This document shows, piece after piece, positions 57,272-64,000 of a stretch of DNA of 64,000 bases. Source of the stretch: Nocardioides sp. (lineage in GTDB: Bacteria; Actinomycetota; Actinomycetes; Propionibacteriales; Nocardioidaceae); NCBI GenBank assembly GCA_002729525.1, contig PBYI01000034.1, positions 17,854 through 81,853 of the forward strand, in the 5' to 3' direction. Both the position numbers and the translations under genes were made by a program. Below the pieces are notes generated by a model. It did not search any database and was not told the origin of the DNA. It saw nothing but the letters and a program-made list of their open reading frames with translations. How positions within the stretch are numbered: position 1 is the stretch's first letter; every line of letters starts with the position of its first letter.

Positions 57272-58773
57272 CACTCGCCCCGTCGTACGACGCCCGCGGC
57301 CGCGCGGGTGGTCCGGAGCTCTCGACCCGGCGCCGCTGGGCCGGCCTCGCCGTCCTGTCGGCCAGCCTCCTGGTCGTCGTGATGGACATGACCATCCTCA
57401 ACGTCGCGCTCCCCGACCTCGTCGCCGACCTGCGACCGGGCGCCGTCGCACAGCTGTGGATCGTCGACGTCTACCCGCTGGTGCTCGCAGGACTGCTGGT
57501 GCCGGTCGCCGCCGTCGCCGACCGGGTCGGCCGGCGGCGGGTGCTGCTGCTGGGCTTCGCGGTCTTCGGCGGCGGCTCGCTGCTCGTGCTGCTGGCCGAC
57601 TCCGCCGGCGCCGTCATCGGGCTGCGGGCGCTGCTCGGCGTCGGCGGCGCGATGATCATGCCCGCCACACTCTCGCTCATCCGGGCGCTCTTCCCCGACG
57701 GGCGCGAGCGCGCGCTCGCGCTGAGCGTCTGGGCCGCCACCGCCGCCGCCGGCGGCGCGGTTGGACCGGTCATCGGCGGTGCGTTGATGGAGCTCGCCGG
57801 CTGGCACGCGGCGTTCCTGGTCAACGTCCCGCTCATGGTCGTCGCGGTCGTGGCCGGCGCCCTGCTGCTGCCCGAGAGCCGCTCGGCCCACCCCGGCCGC
57901 CTGGACGCGATCGGCGTGCTGACCTCGGTGGTCGGCGCGGTCGCCCTGGTGCACGCCGTCAAGCACGGCGCCCGGCACGGCGTCGACCTGGAGACCCTGG
58001 TCGCGGTGGTCGTCGGCGTGGTGCTGCTGCGGTGGTTCGTACGGCGGTGCCTGCGCCAGGACGACCCGATGCTGGCCGTCCGGCTCTTCGCCGACCCGGT
58101 GTTCCGGGCCGGTGTGGTGGCGGCGCTGGCCAGCAGCACGGTCATGGTCGCGCTGCTGCTGGTGGGCTCGCAGTGGCTCCAGCTCGTCGAGGGCTTCTCG
58201 CCGCTGCAGGCCGGGGCCGCGCTGGTGCCGCTGGCCATCAGCAGCGTCGTCGCGGCGCCGCTGGCGCCCGGCCTCGCCGCGCGCCACGGCGTACGCACCG
58301 TGCTGGTGGGTGGTCTGTTGACAGCCTCGTCCGGGCTGCTGCTGCTCGGCCTGCTCCCCCGCCCGCTCGACTACCCAGCCGTCGCGGTCGCCCTCGGCGT
58401 CGTCGGCCTCGGTACGTCGGCGCTCGGGCTCGGCTCCGCACTGATCATGGGCCGGGCTCCCGAGCACCAGGCCGGGTCGGCCGCCGCGACCGAGGAGATG
58501 TCGTACGAGATCGGCGCCGTGCTCGGCGTCTCTCTGCTCGGCGGGCTCGCCGGCGTCGTCTACCGCGGCGGACTGCCGGCCGACGCACCGGAGGCCGTGC
58601 GCGAGTCGGTGGCCGGCGCGCTCGGCACGTCCCTCGCCGACACCGCCGGAGCGGCCTGGACGACGGCGTTCGGCGTCATCGGTCTCGTCGGCTGCGCAGC
58701 CGTGGCCCTCGCCGCTGCGGTGGTGTGGCGCTGGATCCCGCGCGACCTCGACCTCGGGGCGCTCGAGCACTGA
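57268..58773 (+). CDS. MFS transporter, DHA2/EmrB-like (about 14 TM segments)
   Basis: MTLAPSY...LLVVVMDMTILNVALPDL...ADRVGRRRVLLLG. The ATG overlaps the TetR stop (ATGA). It is in the frame of track ORF 56884..58773, not 57258..58793. Confidence 0.9.
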   Translation: MTLAPSYDARGRAGGPELSTRRRWAGLAVLSASLLVVVMDMTILNVALPDLVADLRPGAVAQLWIVDVYPLVLAGLLVPVAAVADRVGRRRVLLLGFAVFGGGSLLVLLADSAGAVIGLRALLGVGGAMIMPATLSLIRALFPDGRERALALSVWAATAAAGGAVGPVIGGALMELAGWHAAFLVNVPLMVVAVVAGALLLPESRSAHPGRLDAIGVLTSVVGAVALVHAVKHGARHGVDLETLVAVVVGVVLLRWFVRRCLRQDDPMLAVRLFADPVFRAGVVAALASSTVMVALLLVGSQWLQLVEGFSPLQAGAALVPLAISSVVAAPLAPGLAARHGVRTVLVGGLLTASSGLLLLGLLPRPLDYPAVAVALGVVGLGTSALGLGSALIMGRAPEHQAGSAAATEEMSYEIGAVLGVSLLGGLAGVVYRGGLPADAPEAVRESVAGALGTSLADTAGAAWTTAFGVIGLVGCAAVALAAAVVWRWIPRDLDLGALEH

Positions 58774-58840
58774 CCGGTCCTGACCGGTCCTGACCGGCCC
58801 TGGCCGGTCCTGGCTGGTCCTGACCGGTCGTGGCTGGGGC
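58771..58840. repeat. Seven contiguous degenerate 10-bp units (TGACCGGTCC consensus), starting at the MFS stop codon
   Basis: TGACCGGTCC TGACCGGTCC TGACCGGCCC TGGCCGGTCC TGGCTGGTCC TGACCGGTCG TGGCTGGGGC. The unit contains the palindrome GACCGGTC. The period is not a multiple of 3. Confidence 0.85.
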
Positions 58841-58867
58841 TGGCGCGCCACGGCGATCGCCGCGAGG

Positions 58868-59359
58868 GTGGGGAGCGTGACCGCACCCGTGCACGTGTCC
58901 CGCTCCCGCACCTTCCCCTGCGGCGTCGCCCGCGCCTTCGACACCACGCTGGCCGTCTCCCTGCCGGAGATCCTCGGCGGGCGGGCCGGCCTGATCCCCG
59001 GCATCGCCGAGGTGCGCGGCCAGGGCGACGACTGGGGCACGGTCGGCGCGACCCGCACCATCGTGCTGCGCGACCGGAGCAGCAGCCACGAGACCCTGAC
59101 GTCGGTCGACCGGCCCGGCTCGTTCACCTACCGCGTCACCGGCTTCACGGGCCCGATGAAGGCGCTGGTCGAGACCGTCGACGGGCGGTGGACGTTCGAG
59201 AAGGCCGGCACCGGCGTGCGGGTCACCTGGTCGTGGGACCTCCACCCCGCCAGCCGCGTCACCGCGCCCGTCATCCCGGTGGTACTGCGGTCCTGGCGCG
59301 GGTGGGCGCGCGACGCCCTCGACGCGCTCGAGCCGCTGCTGGTGGCCCCGACGGAGTGA
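58868..59359 (+). CDS. SRPBCC (START/polyketide cyclase-like) family protein
   Basis: 163 aa with a pattern typical of SRPBCC ligand-binding proteins (..WGTVGATRTIVLRD...GRWTFEKAGTGVRVTWSWD). Confidence 0.7.
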   Translation: MGSVTAPVHVSRSRTFPCGVARAFDTTLAVSLPEILGGRAGLIPGIAEVRGQGDDWGTVGATRTIVLRDRSSSHETLTSVDRPGSFTYRVTGFTGPMKALVETVDGRWTFEKAGTGVRVTWSWDLHPASRVTAPVIPVVLRSWRGWARDALDALEPLLVAPTE

Positions 59360-59393
59360 CCTGCGTCGCGCCGCTCCCTACTAGGGTCAGACC

Positions 59394-60218
59394 ATGACGT
59401 TCTCCATCGTCGCGAGGTCCGACGACGGCGAGACCTGGGGTGTCGCCGTCGCGTCGAAGTTCCTGGCCGTCGGGTCGGCCGTCCCGGCCGCCGTCGCCGG
59501 CGTCGGCGCGATCGCCACCCAGGCCTGGGCCAACGTGTCCTACAAGGGGCTGGCGCTCGCCCACCTCGACGAGGGCGCCACCGCGCAGGTCGCGCTGGAC
59601 CGTCTGCTCGAGGAGGACGACGGTCGCGACCACCGGCAGGTCGGACTCGTCGACGTCGAGGGCTCGGCCGCCGCGCACACCGGCGCCGAGTGCATCGACT
59701 GGGCCGGGCACCGCACCGGCGAGGGCTACGCCGTGCAGGGCAACTGCCTCACCGGCCCCGAGGTCGTGGAGGCCGTCGAGAGCGCCTGGCTGGCCGGCGC
59801 CGAGCAGCCCTTCGCCGTACGACTGCTGGCCGCGCTGCGAGCAGGCGACGACGCCGGCGGCGACAAGCGTGGACGTCAGTCGGCCGCGATGCTCGTGGTG
59901 CGCGAGGAGGCCGGGTACGGCGGGTTCGACGACATCGCCGTCGACCTGCGGGTCGACGACCACACCGCGCCGGTGACGGAGATGGAGCGGCTGCTCGCGC
60001 TGCACGACCTCTACCTGACCGCCTCGACGCCCCAGGAGCAGGTGCCCGTCGACGAGGAGCTGCGTGCGGAGATCGAGGCGTACGCCCGCGGGGCCGGCCA
60101 CCCGGACGCCGCCACCTGGGTCGGCAGCGAGAACTACGAGATGCGGGTCGCCGACGACCTGTCCTGGATCGACCGGCGGGGGCTGGCGGTCGTGCGCGGC
60201 GAGGGGGCGGGCGCATGA
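59394..60218 (+). CDS. DUF1028 (Ntn-hydrolase fold) protein with a C-terminal helical extension
   Basis: MTFSIVARSDDGETWGVAVASKFLAVGSAVP...GDKRGRQSAAMLVV. The ATG is preceded by TAGGGT (59382-59387) with a 6-nt spacer. Confidence 0.8.
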   Translation: MTFSIVARSDDGETWGVAVASKFLAVGSAVPAAVAGVGAIATQAWANVSYKGLALAHLDEGATAQVALDRLLEEDDGRDHRQVGLVDVEGSAAAHTGAECIDWAGHRTGEGYAVQGNCLTGPEVVEAVESAWLAGAEQPFAVRLLAALRAGDDAGGDKRGRQSAAMLVVREEAGYGGFDDIAVDLRVDDHTAPVTEMERLLALHDLYLTASTPQEQVPVDEELRAEIEAYARGAGHPDAATWVGSENYEMRVADDLSWIDRRGLAVVRGEGAGA

Positions 60219-61705
60219 GCACCCGCACGGTCCTGGCCATCGACGCGGGCACCACGGGTGTCACCGCCGTGGTCGTCTCCGCCGACGGCGACATCGTCGC
60301 CAAGGGCTACGAGGAGTTCCGGCAGCACTTCCCCAGGCCGGGCTGGGTCGAGCACGCGCCCGAGGAGATCTGGCAGGCGACGCTGGCGGCGTGCCGGGAA
60401 GCCGTCGAGCAGGTCGACGCCTCCACGCTCGCCGGCATCGGCATCACCAACCAGCGCGAGACGGTCCTGCTGTGGGATCGCGAGACCCTGGGATCGCCGC
60501 GGCGCGCGATCGTCTGGCAGGACCGGCGTACGGCCGACATCTGCGCGCGGCTCAAGGACGAGGGTCACGAGGACCGCGTCGCCGAGCTCACGGGCCTGCG
60601 TCTCGACCCCTACTTCTCCGGCACCAAGCTCATGTGGCTCGCCGAGCACGAGCCGCGCACCTGGGAGCTGGTGACCGAGGGCCGGTACGCCGTCGGCACG
60701 GTCGACTCCTACCTCATCGCGCGGATGACCCGCGGCGTCCACCACGTCACGGACGTGTCCAACGCCTGCCGGACCCTGCTGATGGACCTGTCCACCGGGG
60801 ACTGGAGCGACGAGCTGTGCTCGCTGTTCGGGGTGCCCCGCGACGCGCTGCCGGAGCTGGTGCCCAACTGGGGCGAGGTCGCCACCACCGACCCCCGGTC
60901 GTTCCTGGACCTCGAGCTGCCGATCGCCGGCATCGCGGGCGACCAGCAGTCGGCGCTGTTCGGGCAGACCTGCTTCGACGAGGGCGACTCCAAGTGCACC
61001 TACGGCACCGGGTCTTTCGTGCTCACCAACACCGGTTCGACGCTGGCCCGGTCCGACGCCGGGCTGCTCTCCACCGCGGCCTGGCGCTCGCCGTCCGGTG
61101 AGCTGACCTACGCGCTCGAGGGCGCGATCTTCGTGACCGGCGCGGCCGTGCAGTGGCTGCGCGACGGCCTCCAGATCGTCGGCTCGGCCGCCGAGACCGA
61201 GGCCATCGCCCGCACCGTCGGCACCAGCGACGGTGTCGTCTTCGTGCCCGCGCTCACCGGCCTCGGCGCCCCGCACTGGGACCCGCACGCCCGCGGCACC
61301 ATCCTCGGCATCACCCGCGGCACCACGCGGGCGCACCTCGTGCGCGCCACGCTCGAGGCGATCGCCTACGAGGTGCGCGACGTCCTCGAGACGATGCCCG
61401 GCTGGCCCGCCTCCGTGCCCTCGCTCAAGGTCGACGGCGGCGCCGCGGCCAATGACCTGCTCTGCCAGCTCCAGGCCGACCAGGTCGGCGTACCCGTCGA
61501 GCGCCCGCGCCTCGTGGAGACCACGGCGCTGGGCGCTGCGTTCCTCGCCGGGCTCGGCACCGGTGTCTGGGACTCCACCGACGAGCTGCGCGAGACCTGG
61601 CAGCTCGACCGGTCCTTCGACCCCGACCCCGACGCCCGGGCGGACGCCGACGCGGGGCACGCGCGGTGGGCCGAGGCGGTGGAGCGGAGCAAGGGCTGGG
61701 CCTGA
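60215..61705 (+). CDS. glpK: Glycerol kinase
   Basis: MSTRTVLAIDAGTTGVTAVV...GITNQRETVLLWD...DPYFSGTKLMWL... The ATG overlaps the DUF1028 stop (ATGA). Confidence 0.95.
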   Translation: MSTRTVLAIDAGTTGVTAVVVSADGDIVAKGYEEFRQHFPRPGWVEHAPEEIWQATLAACREAVEQVDASTLAGIGITNQRETVLLWDRETLGSPRRAIVWQDRRTADICARLKDEGHEDRVAELTGLRLDPYFSGTKLMWLAEHEPRTWELVTEGRYAVGTVDSYLIARMTRGVHHVTDVSNACRTLLMDLSTGDWSDELCSLFGVPRDALPELVPNWGEVATTDPRSFLDLELPIAGIAGDQQSALFGQTCFDEGDSKCTYGTGSFVLTNTGSTLARSDAGLLSTAAWRSPSGELTYALEGAIFVTGAAVQWLRDGLQIVGSAAETEAIARTVGTSDGVVFVPALTGLGAPHWDPHARGTILGITRGTTRAHLVRATLEAIAYEVRDVLETMPGWPASVPSLKVDGGAAANDLLCQLQADQVGVPVERPRLVETTALGAAFLAGLGTGVWDSTDELRETWQLDRSFDPDPDARADADAGHARWAEAVERSKGWA

Positions 61706-61735
61706 GGGTCACCCGGTGGTTTCCTGGTGCCCCGG

Positions 61736-63052
61736 TCAGGCCCGTCGGCGCACGAGCGATCCGAGCAGTCGTACGTCGGACGCGCGCGGCAGGAGAAGCG
61801 CGGCCATCCCCGGTTCACCCTTGGCCCGCCGGTAGCCGTGGACCCGCTCGACGGCCACGACGAGGTAGCTCAGCGCCGTCGCCAGCGCGGCTCCCGCGAG
61901 ACCCATCCAGGGAATCAGCACCAGGTTCAGCACCACGTTGACCACGACCCCGACGGCGGATCCCGCGATGTTGTCACGCGGACGACCCTGCGCGGTACGC
62001 GCGGATGCGAGGACCCGAGCGAGCGCGAGTGACACGACCCCCGCCAATGAGAGCACCAGCGCGAGACGACCGTGCGGCGCGCCGTCGAGAAGGCCACCGA
62101 GGAACGGGAGGGCGGCGACGACGACGGCCGCGCCCATCACGGTACTGAGGACGACCATGCGTGCCATGGCCTCGACCACCAGGTGCCGACGCGCCCGGTC
62201 CGCCACGGTGACCTCACCCATCAGGGCCCCGGCGCCGACCATCGAGAAGAACCACAGTGCCTCGCTGACCACGACGACGACGCCGTAGACGCCGGCTGCC
62301 GCCAGGTCCAGCATGACCCCCACGAGCAGCAGGTCGAGCCTCAGCATCGCCAGCGTCAGCAGGGTCGCTGCCTGCGTCTCCAGACCGAAGCGCAGCAACG
62401 ACCGCCATCCAGGGCGCCGCGCGGCAACACGCGGGGTCGCGGGCGCCCTGACGGACGATCCGAGCGCTGCTGCGCTGGCAGTGACCGCCACCACGACGGT
62501 GACCACCTCGAACGCGAGCACTGCGGCGGCGCCTCCCCAGCTGCCGGCCGCAGCGAGTCCGGCAACGGCCACGAGCAGCGCTTGGCGCAGCACGCTCATC
62601 GCCCCCGCACGAGCGAGGAGACGCCGCGCACGGAGCACCTGGACACCGAGGTTCTCGATCGTGAGCATGATGCTGGCGAGCACGAGCAACGCGACCGCGC
62701 CCAGTGAGAGGTCGAGCGCCGACCTGGCGACATACCAGGTCAGGACGGCCACGGCCGTCGGAGCGAGGACCGTGCCGGACACGACCACCGCGAGCAGCCC
62801 GCGTCGTACGACGAACTGGTCCCGGTCCGTCGCAGCCTGGAAGGCAGCGGCCGCCGGGAGCCCGAGGCTGCACACCTGGGACACCACGAGCAGCAGGGCG
62901 ACCACCACGGAGTACCGACCGAACTCGTCGGGACCGAGCGCCAGCGCCAGCAGCAGCGCCGCCCCGACGCGAAGCAGCCCGGCGAGACCCTCGAGCCCCA
63001 CCAGGAGACCCATCCTTCGGGCGAACGGGGACCGCGGCTCCTGCACGTTCAC
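61736..63052 (-). CDS. Polysaccharide/oligosaccharide flippase (MOP/Wzx-like membrane protein)
   Basis: 438 aa with about 12-14 TM segments and FGRYSVVVALL near the N-terminus. The GTG overlaps the sulfotransferase stop (GTGA). Confidence 0.7.
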   Translation of the reverse strand: MNVQEPRSPFARRMGLLVGLEGLAGLLRVGAALLLALALGPDEFGRYSVVVALLLVVSQVCSLGLPAAAAFQAATDRDQFVVRRGLLAVVVSGTVLAPTAVAVLTWYVARSALDLSLGAVALLVLASIMLTIENLGVQVLRARRLLARAGAMSVLRQALLVAVAGLAAAGSWGGAAAVLAFEVVTVVVAVTASAAALGSSVRAPATPRVAARRPGWRSLLRFGLETQAATLLTLAMLRLDLLLVGVMLDLAAAGVYGVVVVVSEALWFFSMVGAGALMGEVTVADRARRHLVVEAMARMVVLSTVMGAAVVVAALPFLGGLLDGAPHGRLALVLSLAGVVSLALARVLASARTAQGRPRDNIAGSAVGVVVNVVLNLVLIPWMGLAGAALATALSYLVVAVERVHGYRRAKGEPGMAALLLPRASDVRLLGSLVRRRA

Positions 63053-63696
63053 GGCGTGGGCAGCTCGTAGCCGTACCGCTCGAAGTCCTCGCGGTAGAGC
63101 TCGACCACCTGTTGGCGCGCGTCGGCCCCGAGCCTCACCGCGCGGTCCCGGGACCTGTTGACCGGTGCAGGTGGCAGCGCGCCTCGCAGACCCAGCAGGT
63201 CGTCGAGCCGGTCCTTGAGGGGGGCGAGCCCGTCCTCGATCCGGAAGGGCACCGCGCCGAAGGTCTCGAACTCGTGTTGAGGGCGGAGGTGGTTGTCCAG
63301 GACGTACGCGTCGCGTCGGTAGCGTCGCATCACCCGCCGTGTCCAGCGGTCGTAGTCGCGCGGGACCGCGTCCCTAAGTCGCTGCGCCACCGGATGGTCG
63401 TACCACGTGCGGTAGAGGCACTCGCTGAGGTACCGCGCCATCGGGTCCCTGACCGTCATGAACACGAAGTCGAAGTCGTGCGCGCGCCCCCCGCGGTCCT
63501 CGTCGAGCGCGTAGACGTGCTCGAGGAGCTCGGCGTGGAAGTGCTGCGGGCTGCAGGGCAAGCCGTCGAAGGGCGGGTGGAGGCGCTTGCCGGAGATCGG
63601 CCCGTAGCTTCGCAGCAGTGTCTCGACGGACGTTCCCGCGGTCTTCGGGACGTGGATGTACAGCACGCGCACGCCACCCACGCTGAGAACCGGCAC
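63049..63696 (-). CDS. Sulfotransferase family (Sulfotransfer_2-like) protein
   Basis: VLYIHVPKTAGTSVETLL is a 5'-PSB-type PAPS-binding loop. The GTG at 63696 has a GGGAGGA Shine-Dalgarno. The longest ORF start is 63726. Confidence 0.7.
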   Translation of the reverse strand: MPVLSVGGVRVLYIHVPKTAGTSVETLLRSYGPISGKRLHPPFDGLPCSPQHFHAELLEHVYALDEDRGGRAHDFDFVFMTVRDPMARYLSECLYRTWYDHPVAQRLRDAVPRDYDRWTRRVMRRYRRDAYVLDNHLRPQHEFETFGAVPFRIEDGLAPLKDRLDDLLGLRGALPPAPVNRSRDRAVRLGADARQQVVELYREDFERYGYELPTP

Positions 63697-63750
63697 CGGG
63701 TCATCCTCCCACCCAGGCCCGGCCACCGACCGTCGAAACGCGACGACGAC

Positions 63751-64000
63751 TCAGTCGAGCGCGTCGAGCGCCGCCCGCGCGTCGTCGCGCTCCGACGTCG
63801 CCACGGCCAGCGCGTCGGCGGCGTCCGCACCGAACGCCTCGGCCTCCCCGAGGTCGTCGTCGACCTCGTCGTAGGTCTCCTCGAGCGCGGCCACCTGGCG
63901 GCGCAGCTCGTCGATCTCCGACTCGATCTGGAGCTGGCGGGCCCGCAGCTCCTCCACCCGGGCCTTCGCCCGCTCGTGGTCGTCCCGTGCCTGGGCGACG
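63751..64000 (-). CDS. Acidic coiled-coil protein, 5' end probably beyond the window
   Basis: The open frame continues to the window edge (VAQARDDHERAKARVEELRARQLQIESEIDELRRQVAALEETYDEV...). No family was recognised. Confidence 0.4.
   Translation of the reverse strand, partial: VAQARDDHERAKARVEELRARQLQIESEIDELRRQVAALEETYDEVDDDLGEAEAFGADAADALAVATSERDDARAALDALD

Noticed and set aside
57258-58793. 511-aa plus-strand ORF competing with the MFS transporter frame
   Set aside because: Its translation is Arg/Pro/Gly-rich. The other frame (57268-58773) gives about 14 hydrophobic helices with MFS motifs and an ATGA junction with the TetR gene.
58771-58850. Possible CRISPR array
   Set aside because: The units are only 10 bp and are contiguous without spacers. 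No cas genes are present in the window.

Overview
High-G+C (by eye above 70%) actinobacterial chromosomal core, on gene content and order most like a Nocardioides/Propionibacteriales-type genome. Its order is syntenic with the Mycobacterium tuberculosis Rv2145c-Rv2178c region. About half the window is one long minus-strand division/cell-wall (dcw) block: mraZ-rsmH-ftsL-like-ftsI-murE-murF-mraY-murD-ftsW-murG-murC-ftsQ-ftsZ-pgeF-yggS-sepF-yggT-divIVA-lspA-rluD-like-GNAT. This block runs on into dnaE1 and ends at a truncated hisD. Upstream of mraZ lies a plus-strand MoxR/DUF58/transglutaminase triad. Next comes a minus-strand damage-tolerance island (DUF6504, HEPN-like, dnaE2, methyltransferase, dinB) headed by a perfect LexA SOS box. 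The rest is housekeeping: metF, a polyprenyl synthase, an Rv2175c-like regulator divergent from a 4-PASTA Ser/Thr kinase, nfo, two DAHP synthases of different classes, ltaE, TetR+MFS, DUF1028+glpK, and the start of a flippase/sulfotransferase glycan locus. I found no rRNA, tRNA, CRISPR array, transposase or integrase. Many long ORFs in the supplied track are wrong-frame or antisense shadows, or N-terminal over-extensions typical of high-GC DNA. I re-set starts using overlapping stop/start junctions, Shine-Dalgarno sequences, or TANNNT-N6/7-start leaderless geometry. The observations most worth follow-up are non-coding or organisational:
- The LexA-boxed dnaE2 cassette carries DUF6504 and HEPN-like genes where imuA'/imuB are expected.
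- A ~375-bp element with ~107-bp inverted arms, plus two G-quadruplex motifs, sits in the 650-bp non-coding gap upstream of dnaE1.
- Five GTGG decamers in exact 10-bp phase overlap the mraZ promoter, with a second opposite-strand GTGG array further upstream.
- The mraZ-rsmH spacer holds a ~130-nt extended hairpin and a stop/start-coupled mini membrane ORF.
- A leaderless Tyr-Phe-Phe leader peptide plus hairpin precedes the type I-beta DAHP synthase.
- Several tandem repeats are present.

All family assignments are from motif recognition by eye, not database searches.
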